From positions 32,001 to 96,000 of the forward strand of contig JBKHIT010000007.1 of NCBI GenBank assembly GCA_046538485.1: DNA of 64,000 nt, read 5' to 3'. Both the position numbers and the translations under genes were made by a program. Positions within the stretch are counted from its first letter, which is position 1, and each line of letters begins with the position of its first letter. Positions 9,801 to 20,293 of this stretch are shown piece by piece. Below the pieces are notes generated by a model that was not told where the DNA came from, did no database searches, and worked only from the letters and a program-made list of their open reading frames with translations. Source of the DNA: Candidatus Brocadiia bacterium (lineage in GTDB: Bacteria; Planctomycetota; Brocadiia; SM23-32).

Positions 9801-12800
9801 GTGAATCGTGTCGTCTGCAGTCTGATAATTGCTCTCGTCGGGTTGCTTTTGTCCGCCGTCTGCGGCACCGTGCAAGGGGCAGATACGCAGAAATCTTTGC
9901 CGCAACCGGCGGTAACAAAAGCGGAAATCGACTTCGACAATTGCATCAGCGCCGCCGGAAACCAGTTTGAGGAAACAGCCGATCCGAATGTTCTCGCGGG
10001 ATTGTTGGGACTGAAGGATCTGCCATCGAAAAAGGCTGGATGGTCTACGGGTCCGGTGCAACATCCCGTGCGACACTTCCGTGTTTGTTTCAAGAAGCCG
10101 GTCCAGATTGGCACGATTTCGAGTCATTTTGCGGGCGAAAACACCGGGCTGGCGAGGCTTAAAAACTCGTCCGAGTATCCTGGCCCTATCGGAGATGATA
10201 CGGCTTGGAAGGAGATTCCAGGACGGCATCTCCGTGTTCTCCGACCCGGGACCAAAGTCCGTGCGTTGCGTTTTACCGACAGGAATTTCGATGTGCCCTG
10301 GGCTCCGGACTGTGAGCCATCGCGCTTCGGGCGTGTCCTGCTCCTGAAAAGACGATATTACAACGCCCTTCGATTGGGACGGAGCAAGTGGACGCTTAAG
10401 GACGCGAAGGGCCGCTGGCTCGGCTTCTGGATTAGACCCCTTCCCGTGAGTGCTGTTTGTCTGCCGAAGGGCCTTCCGAAAGACTTACAGGTGGAAATTC
10501 TGGGAGCCGAGATCGATAGACATCCCGCCATTGCCTCTCCTGAGTCGTGGAAGCGTCTGCAGACGCGGAACCTCTATGGTTCAGTTCTGGTATTCGAAAA
10601 ACCGGTGAGCTGTCGCGCACTCCGTGTGACGTCTGCCCATTTTTCGCATCGACGTCACCGGCCGGCGATCTTGCCCCTTGTTGCTCTCGAGGCCGGGCAA
10701 AAAGCTCCCTCGTTGAGTCAAGAGGCTCCGTTTACCTTCAATTATGAAATGCCACTCGATGGTTTGATGGCGATTCGGATCGATGACGTGCACGGGAATC
10801 TTGTACGGCGACTCCTCGCCGAAGTCGAACGGCAAAAGGGCCCCGTTTTGGAGCCCTGGGATTTGAAAAACGCCAGTGGGAGATACGTCGAGCCGGGTCG
10901 ATATCGCTGGACAGGTGTAGCTTGCCCCCCTCTTAAATTGACCTATCTCAATACGGTCTATAACGCCGGGGAACCGCCCTGGCGAGCGCCGGTGAGGGGA
11001 GGGGGATGGTGGATGGCCGATCACAGCCCTCCGGTCGCAGTTTGCGCCGCCGGGGATGTGGTGTTTATGGGCGCTCTGGGATCGGAGTTCGGTGATTCCC
11101 TGATTGCGACCGACCTGGATGGCAACAAGATCTGGCGTGACGAACATCAGGGAGTCGAAAGGTTGGTCAGCGATGGGCGCTACGGTTACATCGTCAATAA
11201 TAATTATGTGATGAGAGTGGATCCCCGAAAGGGATTCGAACGGCGGAAAATCTACCGTTTCAAATACTCTGAAACCTTCCCAGGCCATCGAAAAGGTTAC
11301 TATCGGGCTTACAACAGCGGAGTGGCGGCGTATCCCGGGCTATTGTGCGTGGCCTACAACGCACCTCCACCGCCCTGGATTACCTCCGCATTCAGCCGGT
11401 CGGAAATCGACATTGCCGGGTGCTTCCCGCCGATTGTCGACGAGGAGGTGCACGATACGGAACTCACGCCGAAGCAGCGCGTTTATTCCGCTTTCCTCAC
11501 GATGCAGAGCTCCCAGCAGAGCTATTTCGGGGATGCCGTTCAGAAAGGACCGCTGGCTCACACACTCATCCTGAAACTAAAAAAAGAGGTGCCGATTGGA
11601 AGTGTGCTTCTGCCGGATGCGCGAATCCGCGTCCGCGCACTGAAACCGGGCAGAACGCTCCCGACGAAATTCAAGGCCACTCGTAAGAGCGACGACCTGC
11701 TGGGGGCCGGGAGCGAAGAGGATCCGGAGATAGCAGGGCTTGCGGAATTCGACTCGCGTTTCGAACGCGACCGCTGGGTTTTGTTCGACTCGCCCGGGAA
11801 AGATGGCCGCCCGATAGTCGCCGCACCGGAAAAGGGGTTGAGGACCGGCGCATTGGCTTTCACAGGCACCAATCTGAAAAGGATTGACTATGCTCTCGTG
11901 CTCAAACATCGTTTCCGGGACGCGACGCCCGAAGCTGAATTAGTGATGCTGGAAGGCAAGAGAAAGGACGGTTGCGGTTGGGTTACACAGCGCGGACCCC
12001 ACAACCCAATATCCCCCGGCAATCCAGCCATCGCGGGGTTTGTCTGGCCCGAACTGGTTCCGCTCCGCGGATTTGCTCTGCTGCGTCCGATGCTCTGGGC
12101 AAGCGTCGAGGTTGATGTCTGGGATGGGCCAACGGATGCTGAGATCACCAAAGAATCGTTCCGGACGGAGACGAACTGGCGCAAGGTGCGGTGCTACGAG
12201 AAGAGCGAAAACAGGATGAAGTTCGGCTGGCATACGAATGTCGTCATTAAGAAAGATTTCCGCCGGACGCTGGATATAAGGGCGGTGCGCGTACGGATCG
12301 TCGAACCTCCCCAGATGCCGGTGGCCCCGGATAGCCCGGTCTGCCACGGCGGATTTGAAGCGTTGGTAACGTTTCGCCACATTGGCAAAGACCCTGATCT
12401 GCCAGAAAGCCATCCGAAACGTATTACGGTTTTGAAGGAACCGGATGGAAAAAACAATGCGAAGCTTGTGGGGCACTTTAAACTCAGTACGCGGGCAATT
12501 GCTTTTGGGCCGGACGGAGAACTTTTTGCGGCGACAGATGCCGGAATTGAACGGGTGAAGAATACCGGCTCGGTAGAAGGGGTCACAAAACCCGGCACGT
12601 CTTTGGTCGTGTCAGCTGAAAAATGCGGTGATTTATGCGCTCTGGAAGCCGGCAGTGAAGGGTTGCTCTACGGGATTGATCGATCGCGGAAATATATCCG
12701 CGTTTTTGATCCCCATGGCGGAAGGTTGGTCAGAACAATCGGAACGCCGGGAGGGATGAAAGCCGGGCCCTATGAACCCACGCGATTTGTCAAACCGGTG

Positions 12801-14888
12801 GCACTGAGCATCGACCGAGATGGCAAACTCTGGGTGGTCGATCAAGCGTTTCAACCGAAACGTATAACACGTTGGTCGAAGACCGGCCAGCTTGAAAAAC
12901 AGTTCCTCGGCCCCACACATTACGGCGGGGGAGGTAAAATGGATACCCGCGACCCAACGGTGGTCAACCACCTTGGCATGAAGTTCCGTATCGACTACGA
13001 CGACAAAACCTGGCGGCTCGAGAGCATACTGCGTCGCTACGGGAGCAACACGTTTCTGCCGGACCGGGTCTTTTACCACAAGGGACACCGCTACCTCGTG
13101 GGCGATAGGCCCGTCGTGACACCGTTCGGGGACGATGGGCCTGTGACAGCTATCTGCCAGGAGGAGGATGGCCGCGCCGTGACGATTGTGGCAGCGGGGA
13201 TGCTCGCGGGCTGGAAAAAATTTGCCCGAAGCGAATGGATGCAGACCGAATACGCGGACCTGGATGCTTCGAAAACGGGTTTTATCTGGAGCGACTTCAA
13301 TCACGATAGCGAAGTGACCGAAAAGGAATTGCAACTTCTCAAGTACGGTCTTGTGGAAAAATCTCCCTACGTGGGCAGAGACCTTTCGCTGAACTATGCG
13401 GGCAAAAAACGTCGGCTTCGGTCCACCAGCATCCGGGAAGACGGGATTCCTGTCTACGATCTCGAACGCATCGTAAAGGTCGAACATTTGGACGCGGAAG
13501 TGATGGTGACACGGGATGGGGGTACGTTTGTGATGGGGAACAAGTTCCTTGCCGCGGACGGTAGGCTGCTGTGGCCGTACCGCGACAAATACCGCGGGGT
13601 GCAGGGCTCCAATAAAACGCCGTGGGGATTTTACTCCCGGCCGCCGGGCGTTCTGTCCGGATCGACCACGACCGTCGGGCATTTCAGCGTGGCCGGGGAG
13701 CATTTGTTCTGCGTCGGGGGGAATAATGGCGATTACTATGCGTTCACGCGCGATGGTCTGCTGGCAGCGACGATTGTCGGGGGACCGCGAGGATACGGGA
13801 AACGCTTTTTCACGATGCCCGAGGCCAACCCCGGTAGGACCGACCTGACAGGTCTGCGTAAAACGGTCGAAGATTTCCACGGGCACGTCGCGCGGGTGAA
13901 TGGCCAGGTTTACGCCATCGCCGGTAAAAATCACGTGACCGTCATGCGAGTGGATGGGTTGGAACGGATCCAGCGGTTGGGAGGGGAGCTGAAAGTGACC
14001 CGCGAAGATATCAAGAAGACAGAAACTTGGGCCGCGCGTCAGGCAGCGCTCCGCCAACAAACGCGCGAACCGAAAGTGACGGACGTCCCGTTCCTCCGCA
14101 AAAAACCCGACATCGATGGCGAACCTTACGTGGATTGGCCCGAAGGCGATTTGCTTGATATCCGCGTTAAAGAAAATGAGCGGGGGGATATTTTGGAGCT
14201 GTACCGTGCCCGGTTCGCTTTCGACCGTGATAACCTGTACGTGACGGCCCGGGGTTTGGATGATTCTCCGATGCGCAACGGCGCGGATGAGGTCGCCACT
14301 TTGTTCCAGCGCGGGGACGGACTCGACATACGGCTGGGTCTTGATCCGAATGCATCGCCGGATCGGCAGAAACCGGCGCCGGGTGATGTGCGCATCGTCA
14401 TTGCCAGTGTGAAGGGGAAACCCAGGGCCGTTCTCTATCGTTACAAGAAATTGGGAAGGAGCCTGGGCGGCAAACCCCGGACTTTTACCTCGCCCATGGG
14501 CAAAACCCACGTCGAAGAATTCGTCCAGCTGACAGAAGCCAGGGTGGCGATTGAAAGGAAGAAACGGGGCAAAAAACAATTCTGGCACCTCGAAGCCGCC
14601 ATCCCCTGGGCGTCGCTCGGATGGGACGGTCCGGAAGGCGATACCACAATTCGGGGCGATGTGGGTGTCCTGGTCTCCGACCAGAACGGCGTTCAGACGG
14701 TCACCCGGTATTACTGGTCGAACAAATCCCACGTGATAATGGGAGATCTGCGGGCCGAGGCGGCCATCCATCCCGCGCTCTGGGGAAAGTTACGTTTCCG
14801 CGTGCCGGATGCTTTTGAGGGAGCGCTCGATGAGGGCGGAGGGGATGAGGAGGATGGGATCGAGGGGATTGATGGAATGCTGCCGTAG
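9801..14888 (+). CDS. Giant exported protein (~1700 aa): FlgD-like Ig domain, NHL-type beta-propeller, C-terminal CBM9-like domain
   Basis: Signal peptide, GNLVRRLL...WDLKNASGRYVEPGRYRW (FlgD-Ig-like), PVALSIDRDGKLWVVD (NHL), PDIDGE...AFDRDNLYV...GDGLDI...LEAAIPWASLG (CBM9-like). Start GTG 9801 after GAGAGG; 9753 also possible. Confidence 0.8.
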   Translation: MNRVVCSLIIALVGLLLSAVCGTVQGADTQKSLPQPAVTKAEIDFDNCISAAGNQFEETADPNVLAGLLGLKDLPSKKAGWSTGPVQHPVRHFRVCFKKPVQIGTISSHFAGENTGLARLKNSSEYPGPIGDDTAWKEIPGRHLRVLRPGTKVRALRFTDRNFDVPWAPDCEPSRFGRVLLLKRRYYNALRLGRSKWTLKDAKGRWLGFWIRPLPVSAVCLPKGLPKDLQVEILGAEIDRHPAIASPESWKRLQTRNLYGSVLVFEKPVSCRALRVTSAHFSHRRHRPAILPLVALEAGQKAPSLSQEAPFTFNYEMPLDGLMAIRIDDVHGNLVRRLLAEVERQKGPVLEPWDLKNASGRYVEPGRYRWTGVACPPLKLTYLNTVYNAGEPPWRAPVRGGGWWMADHSPPVAVCAAGDVVFMGALGSEFGDSLIATDLDGNKIWRDEHQGVERLVSDGRYGYIVNNNYVMRVDPRKGFERRKIYRFKYSETFPGHRKGYYRAYNSGVAAYPGLLCVAYNAPPPPWITSAFSRSEIDIAGCFPPIVDEEVHDTELTPKQRVYSAFLTMQSSQQSYFGDAVQKGPLAHTLILKLKKEVPIGSVLLPDARIRVRALKPGRTLPTKFKATRKSDDLLGAGSEEDPEIAGLAEFDSRFERDRWVLFDSPGKDGRPIVAAPEKGLRTGALAFTGTNLKRIDYALVLKHRFRDATPEAELVMLEGKRKDGCGWVTQRGPHNPISPGNPAIAGFVWPELVPLRGFALLRPMLWASVEVDVWDGPTDAEITKESFRTETNWRKVRCYEKSENRMKFGWHTNVVIKKDFRRTLDIRAVRVRIVEPPQMPVAPDSPVCHGGFEALVTFRHIGKDPDLPESHPKRITVLKEPDGKNNAKLVGHFKLSTRAIAFGPDGELFAATDAGIERVKNTGSVEGVTKPGTSLVVSAEKCGDLCALEAGSEGLLYGIDRSRKYIRVFDPHGGRLVRTIGTPGGMKAGPYEPTRFVKPVALSIDRDGKLWVVDQAFQPKRITRWSKTGQLEKQFLGPTHYGGGGKMDTRDPTVVNHLGMKFRIDYDDKTWRLESILRRYGSNTFLPDRVFYHKGHRYLVGDRPVVTPFGDDGPVTAICQEEDGRAVTIVAAGMLAGWKKFARSEWMQTEYADLDASKTGFIWSDFNHDSEVTEKELQLLKYGLVEKSPYVGRDLSLNYAGKKRRLRSTSIREDGIPVYDLERIVKVEHLDAEVMVTRDGGTFVMGNKFLAADGRLLWPYRDKYRGVQGSNKTPWGFYSRPPGVLSGSTTTVGHFSVAGEHLFCVGGNNGDYYAFTRDGLLAATIVGGPRGYGKRFFTMPEANPGRTDLTGLRKTVEDFHGHVARVNGQVYAIAGKNHVTVMRVDGLERIQRLGGELKVTREDIKKTETWAARQAALRQQTREPKVTDVPFLRKKPDIDGEPYVDWPEGDLLDIRVKENERGDILELYRARFAFDRDNLYVTARGLDDSPMRNGADEVATLFQRGDGLDIRLGLDPNASPDRQKPAPGDVRIVIASVKGKPRAVLYRYKKLGRSLGGKPRTFTSPMGKTHVEEFVQLTEARVAIERKKRGKKQFWHLEAAIPWASLGWDGPEGDTTIRGDVGVLVSDQNGVQTVTRYYWSNKSHVIMGDLRAEAAIHPALWGKLRFRVPDAFEGALDEGGGDEEDGIEGIDGMLP

Positions 14889-14970
14889 AGATGTTTCGCA
14901 CAAGTAGATCACGTTTTCTAAGCGGCATATGGTCGTGGCTAATTTACCGTACGGCGAACGCCAAGAAGGC

Positions 14971-15039
14971 CGCCGCGGCAATCTGGGTTGAAAAAACGAC
15001 GAGATTGCTTCGCCCATCGTACGACGGACTTGCAATGAC
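14971..15039. repeat. GTCATTGCGAG-family palindromic repeat (partial inverted pair)
   Basis: CGCCGCGGCAATCT matches the 8475 copy. GAGATTGCTTCG...TGCAATGAC is the reverse-complement unit. Confidence 0.6.
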
Positions 15040-15153
15040 TCATGAAGCGGTACTTCCGGGCTAAATACGTACATTCTGGCTGTCAGCGGTCTGGCTGGGA
15101 GGAGCGAAGTGTTCTTGTTGACGGGCCTTCCTCTCTTGCACTTCTGCAAGATT

Positions 15154-15196
15154 TGTCCGCCTCAAGTCCAGTTTCACCCGCCGCTGGCGGGCTCAG
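15154..15196. repeat. REP-like dispersed repeat module
   Basis: TGTCCGCCTCAAGTCCAGTTTCACCCGCCGCTGGCGGGCTCAG closely matches the reverse complement of 52141-52182 and is related to 20614-20654. Confidence 0.8.
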
Positions 15197-15307
15197 CGGA
15201 CCACTAGGCGCTCGGCGCCGATCGGAAACTGGCGACAACCTCAAGCAAACCCACAGTTATCAAACCAAGAAACGCCTGAAGCGCATATTCGTGACGTTAT
15301 TCGATGC

Positions 15308-15353
15308 TTGATTTTACAATTACTCCGGGCTATAATATCCAAAAATGATATTA
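15308..15353 (+). promoter_or_regulatory. Sigma-70 promoter with an overlapping inverted-repeat operator candidate
   Basis: TTGATT (15308-13), 17 bp, TATAAT (15331-36). TAATATC-N7-GATATTA at 15333-15353. Confidence 0.6.
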
Positions 15354-15440
15354 AAAGGGTATCTTATGCCGTAAGAGAATATTAATTTTTGGGTCTCCCC
15401 ATCATGGTGTTACATCGGGGAAAACCGATGGGAGGAAAAA

Positions 15441-16325
15441 ATGCGCTGCATGGAACTGAGAATGTCGCCGCCAGGTGGTAAAAAAGGCTCAAGGCGGGGA
15501 TTTACGCTGATCGAGCTGCTGGTTGTGATTGCGATCATCGCGATTCTGGCGGCGATGCTCATGCCGGCGCTGGAATCGGCCCGCGATGCCGCACGCACGG
15601 CCGTATGCCTGGGGCACCTCTGCCAGTTCGGTACGGCGATTCAGGTTTATACGGTCGATAACGACGGCAAATATCCCCTCAGCGGCATCAAAGTAAACGG
15701 CTGGAACGCCTCCTGCGGTGGCAGCACGCCGAATTACAGCTGGGACGACATTATCACCCCCTACACGGGCCAGGAGTTGACCCGGGCCGAACTGGATGCG
15801 AACGGAATCTACAAGAAACATTCGCTCTTCAAGTGTCCGGCTAACCCTATTCCCGGGGACGAGCGCCGGCGTCGGGACTACAGTATCAATCCGAATGTTG
15901 CCGGAAGCCCCTATCTCGCTTCCTGCCCTGCCGGGCCGGGCGATGCTCCCGAGCCCCTGCGGGTTGCACAGATACCCGGGCCGAGTAATACGCTCTTGCT
16001 GTTTGATTATCCCAATAATACTCACAACGTCGGACGGGGGAGGGTCGAAGGCAGCGGCATCCGCAATCCCTGGAGCCAGATAGGCGGCCACGGCTGCCAT
16101 GGTTTCCCCGGCGGCAAGATATGGGATTATTACCACGGTACCGACTGGCCCACGCATGATAGGCCGCAGCTCGGGACCGGTTGTCACAGGGGGGATACCT
16201 ACTTCAATTATCTCTATTGTGACAGTCACGTCGAGACGCTTTTTGCGCTGGAGACGGACCGGCGCGATTTCTGGCAGTGTTTTGGGGACCCACTCCACGA
16301 CTGGTCGGTGGAGACGGGGGATTGA
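15441..16325 (+). CDS. Prepilin-type N-terminal cleavage/methylation protein, DUF1559 / H-X9-DG-like
   Basis: [30 protein letters not shown]...C, LFKCPA, H...[10 protein letters not shown]. Confidence 0.92.
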   Translation: MRCMELRMSPPGGKKGSRRGFTLIELLVVIAIIAILAAMLMPALESARDAARTAVCLGHLCQFGTAIQVYTVDNDGKYPLSGIKVNGWNASCGGSTPNYSWDDIITPYTGQELTRAELDANGIYKKHSLFKCPANPIPGDERRRRDYSINPNVAGSPYLASCPAGPGDAPEPLRVAQIPGPSNTLLLFDYPNNTHNVGRGRVEGSGIRNPWSQIGGHGCHGFPGGKIWDYYHGTDWPTHDRPQLGTGCHRGDTYFNYLYCDSHVETLFALETDRRDFWQCFGDPLHDWSVETGD

Positions 16326-16397
16326 AGCCGGGATGTAAATGTGATCGAATGTTCCATGCACGGAATTGCCCCGCGCTTTCTGAAAGGATTCGAAAAC

Positions 16398-19300
16398 ATG
16401 TTTTCAGGTCGTTCTATAGCTTTTTCTTTGTTCTTTGTGCTGGTTCTGGTTTCGGTTTCTTCCCTGCTGGCCGACTCAGGGAGGGGGCGTCATAAGAAAA
16501 TCTACGCTGTCCCGACTCCCGGCACGGTGAAGATCGACGCCCGCCTGGACGACTGGGATTTCAGCGGTCATGTCAACTGCTACATCCGTTCCGAAACGCG
16601 GGAAGAGAAAAGCGCCGATTTCGCGGTGATGTATGACGACGAAGCGCTCTATCTCGGGGCCAGAGTTCTTGATCCTTCTCCGATGCTGAACCATCACAGC
16701 CCGGAGGCCGACGCGGATAAAGCCTGGATGGGGGACTGCTGCCAGTTCCGTCTCGTCACGGATCGCACGTTGCCTTTTCCGTTCCTGCGGGGAGCCCTGG
16801 GAAACGCCAATAAAGGGGCTGAAGAAGGACAGCCCCTTCATTTGATGTTGTGGTATTTCACCGACGAGAAAAAGCCGGCCCTTCAGGTCCACAAGAGTTT
16901 TGCCATGGAACCCGTGCGGAAGGAGTGGGCTCCCCACGGAGTCGTCCCGGCGACTCATTTTGACGCCGCGTACCGGAAACATCCGGAAGGGAAATCCTAT
17001 ACCTTCGAATATCGAATTCCCTGGTCCAGCCTCAACGCAAAGAAAAAGCATCCCGTCGCCGGCGACGTTGTCAACGCGACCGTCCAGTTTCTGTGGTCCG
17101 GGCCAAACGGACTCAGAGCAAAAGGGGGAGTGGTCTACGACGTCATGAGCCGGGGCGGATTCCCCTGGCAGACCTCCGGGGTCTGGGGCAAGATGGTGAT
17201 GAGGAGCGAAGGCAACGTTGATCGCAAATGGGTCGAACCGTTCGAACCGCCAAAGCCCCCGCGCCCGCTCGAATTTGAATACGACCTCCCCGAGGACGGC
17301 GTCGTTTCCGTCGCGCTTTACAAAGACAAGAAAATCGTGCGGCATATCGTCGCAGAGGGCAAGAGAAAAGCGGGTCACGTCGTGGAGAAGTGGAACGGTC
17401 GCGACCGACGCGGCGAACCTTTGCCCACGGGCACCTACCGCTGGAAAGGGCTCTACCACGATCCCATCACAACCCGTTACGTAATGTCGGTCGGGAATTC
17501 CGGCAATCCCCCGTACAAGACAGCGGACGGGACGGGCGGTTGGGGAGGCGATTACGGTCCGCCGTCCGCAGCCTGTGTTGCCGGTGACAGGATGATTCTG
17601 GGTTGGACCGCCCACGAAAACGGTTGGGGGATCATCGCCACCGATCTGGACGGAAACAAGATATGGGGAGCCAAACAGAAAAACGCCGCGTTCCTCGCCA
17701 CAGATGGCAACCGGTTTTTTGCCCCGGCCGAGCGTGGCGGCAAACGGATCAACGTCTACGCGGTTAAAAACGGTCAACCACTGGTCTACGGCAACGGTTT
17801 GCAGGGCCTGAAGCCCCCTGAAACGGAAAAGAAGGACGTCTCCACAAAGCCGACCGGCGTGGGGTATGCCCGGGGTAAGTTGTATGTCAGTTACCGCGAA
17901 CTCAACACCATCGGCGTATACGATGCGGACGAGGGAAATCTGGGGGCCACGTGGAACGTAAAGAGCCCGGGCCGCATTGCGGCTTCTGGTGAGGGCGGGA
18001 TCCTCGTTATCAGCGGGACAAGGCTCGTGCGGGTGAAAGATGGGAAGCCGGAGGATTTTGCGACCACGCATATCGATGAACCCGCCGGGGTGGCGATCGG
18101 CCCCAGGGGCAAAGTGTATGTGGCCAATCACGGCAAACTTCAGAGTGTAAGCGTATTTACGCCCGAAGGGAAATACCTCCGGAGCATCGGCAAGCGCGGG
18201 GGACGTCCTCTGGTCGGGCCCTGGGACAAAAAGGGGATGCGGCGTCCCGCCGGTATCGCGGTTGACGGCGAAGGGAAACTCTGGGTGCCGGAGGCCATCA
18301 ATTCTCCCAAACGTTTGAGTGTGTGGCACACTTCGAGCGGGAAATTACTGGAAGAATACTTTGGTGCATGTTCCTACTCGCCTTTCATGTGGATAGATCC
18401 CGCCAACCCGAGCGAAGCGTTTTTCGACAATACGATCTGGGATATCGATCTGGAGAAAGGCACCTGGTATCCGAAAAGCGTCTTTTATCGGCGCACCTCT
18501 CGCAACATGGTGCACAGCGGCAACGGGGGATTTCACAATCCGTTCCGGGTGTTCACGGCGGGGAACGGCCATCAATACGCGATTTCAAGCTGGCACGGGT
18601 TCGGTCCGGTTCTCTGGATACGGCGCGGCAACCGTTTTCGGCCGACATATTTCATGTTCAAGAACCATCCGAATCCGGTTTTGATACCGCGTCCGCCTTT
18701 CAAAATTATGAAGGATGAGGAGGAATACCCGCCGGGTCATTACTATTTCTGGGCCGATGAGAACAGAGATATGGTGGTTCAAAAGGCGGAGATCACTGAA
18801 ATCCCCGGTTCCTGGCGCAACCGACCTCCGTATTTCAACTGGATGGATAAAGGTTTGAACCTTTACGGCAACGGCGCCGTGTATCGGCCGGGGAGCATCG
18901 GCGAGGACGGAGTTCCCGTTTACGATTTTAAAAATCCGGAAAAACTTGACGTGGAGCACAGAAGCCGACATACCTGGGTTGATCCGGAAGGGAAACGTCT
19001 CTGGGGACTCGGAAGAGGCAGCCGCGAGCTGGGGCGGGCCATCAGTCAGTGGGATCTCGGGAGCGGCAAGATGGAATGGGCCTATCCGCATTTGAAGACC
19101 TGGCGCGCGGCGATTAACGAAGGGATTCCGGCGCCCGGCAAATTGATCGGGTCGACCTGCCCCCTCGGGACGGCCGGCGGGTACACCGGGGTCATAAGCT
19201 ATTTTGGCACGGCCAATCTCGTGCGAACAAAAGACGGTCTGTTCATGTCGCAGGTTTTTGAGCATGGGGCTCGTGGCGGATACGGTCCGAATGTTTTTTA

Positions 19301-20186
19301 CGTTGAATTCCTTGCCGGACAGCTCCTTCAACCCCGCGGTTCGGACCGCTACTATATTCTGGCCGGGGATCAGGACTGCCGGATCAATGAGGTGTTGGGG
19401 CTTGATACCGTGAAAGATCTGGGCGGGGGAAAATACGAATACACGAGTGAGAAGGCTGGTAAGGCCGCGAAGGCCTGGAAGGATTATGAGACGAAAATCG
19501 CCCGCGGCCAGCCGCTGGCCGTCGGGCGTGGCGGAGAGGACGGGCTTGGTTTCGCGACCAGCGTTGGCAAGACGTTGGACGAAAAACGTGGATTCAAAGT
19601 GCAGGTGACCTACGACCAGAAGAATTTGTACTTCCACTATGAGGTGAAAAGTCCGAGTCCGTTTGTGAATGGGACGGCCGACCCGAAGTATATTTTCAAA
19701 GGAGGGAATCTGCTGGACATTCAGATGGCCACCGATCCGGACGCGGATCCTGAGCGGGAAAAGGCTGCCCCCGGAGATATCCGGTTATTGATCGGGCGGC
19801 GGGACGGCAGAACGCGGGTTGTCATCTACCGTCCGAACGTGGCCGCTTTCAAAGGCGAGCCGATTCAGTTCAAATCCCCGGTTGACAGTGAGACGTTCGA
19901 TTCGATAAAGACCACGAATCGGGTCAGCCTCAAGAATTTCAGAAAGCGGAAAGGTGGATTTGAAGTTATTGCTGTAGTTCCCCGGCAAATGGTGGGGCTG
20001 GATAAACTCAGGCCGGGCACGACTCTCCGCATGGATGTCGGGTACATCTTCGGCAATGCCGGCGGTACGAACGCGAACCAGAGGGCGTACTGGCACAACA
20101 ATAGTTTCGAGGCGAATGTAGTGAACGATGTGCCCGATGAGAGCCGACTGGAACCGGATCAGTGGGGGGAAGTGCTGGTGGAGTGA
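16398..20186 (+). CDS. Giant exported protein: CBM9-like, FlgD-like Ig, NHL propeller, CBM9-like; paralog of the 9801 gene
   Basis: Signal peptide, VKIDARLDDW...MYDDEALY...GDCCQF...EYRIPW, KWNGRDRRGEPLPTGTYRW, PAGIAVDGEGKLWV, C-terminal YW.N...D...E....P..WG shared with the paralog. Confidence 0.8.
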   Translation: MFSGRSIAFSLFFVLVLVSVSSLLADSGRGRHKKIYAVPTPGTVKIDARLDDWDFSGHVNCYIRSETREEKSADFAVMYDDEALYLGARVLDPSPMLNHHSPEADADKAWMGDCCQFRLVTDRTLPFPFLRGALGNANKGAEEGQPLHLMLWYFTDEKKPALQVHKSFAMEPVRKEWAPHGVVPATHFDAAYRKHPEGKSYTFEYRIPWSSLNAKKKHPVAGDVVNATVQFLWSGPNGLRAKGGVVYDVMSRGGFPWQTSGVWGKMVMRSEGNVDRKWVEPFEPPKPPRPLEFEYDLPEDGVVSVALYKDKKIVRHIVAEGKRKAGHVVEKWNGRDRRGEPLPTGTYRWKGLYHDPITTRYVMSVGNSGNPPYKTADGTGGWGGDYGPPSAACVAGDRMILGWTAHENGWGIIATDLDGNKIWGAKQKNAAFLATDGNRFFAPAERGGKRINVYAVKNGQPLVYGNGLQGLKPPETEKKDVSTKPTGVGYARGKLYVSYRELNTIGVYDADEGNLGATWNVKSPGRIAASGEGGILVISGTRLVRVKDGKPEDFATTHIDEPAGVAIGPRGKVYVANHGKLQSVSVFTPEGKYLRSIGKRGGRPLVGPWDKKGMRRPAGIAVDGEGKLWVPEAINSPKRLSVWHTSSGKLLEEYFGACSYSPFMWIDPANPSEAFFDNTIWDIDLEKGTWYPKSVFYRRTSRNMVHSGNGGFHNPFRVFTAGNGHQYAISSWHGFGPVLWIRRGNRFRPTYFMFKNHPNPVLIPRPPFKIMKDEEEYPPGHYYFWADENRDMVVQKAEITEIPGSWRNRPPYFNWMDKGLNLYGNGAVYRPGSIGEDGVPVYDFKNPEKLDVEHRSRHTWVDPEGKRLWGLGRGSRELGRAISQWDLGSGKMEWAYPHLKTWRAAINEGIPAPGKLIGSTCPLGTAGGYTGVISYFGTANLVRTKDGLFMSQVFEHGARGGYGPNVFYVEFLAGQLLQPRGSDRYYILAGDQDCRINEVLGLDTVKDLGGGKYEYTSEKAGKAAKAWKDYETKIARGQPLAVGRGGEDGLGFATSVGKTLDEKRGFKVQVTYDQKNLYFHYEVKSPSPFVNGTADPKYIFKGGNLLDIQMATDPDADPEREKAAPGDIRLLIGRRDGRTRVVIYRPNVAAFKGEPIQFKSPVDSETFDSIKTTNRVSLKNFRKRKGGFEVIAVVPRQMVGLDKLRPGTTLRMDVGYIFGNAGGTNANQRAYWHNNSFEANVVNDVPDESRLEPDQWGEVLVE

Positions 20187-20293
20187 GAGGACAGCCTGCC
20201 GTTGAAACGTTTAGGGCCGTCGCGGGGCGGGATCTGGGGCTGACGACATCGGCATAGTGTTCGAAACCCGGCTTGCGTCCAGGCCTTCCCGGA

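Noticed and set aside
9489..10229. N-terminal extension of the 534-aa ORF
   Set aside because: It overlaps the divergent giant gene and the intergenic region. Protein-like sequence starts at 9488.
12633..14771. 712-aa antisense ORF (also 16476-18329, 18585-19637, 53097-54284, 61262-62506)
   Set aside because: Shadow ORFs fully opposite well-supported genes, with no recognisable motifs. Expected from GC-rich codon bias.
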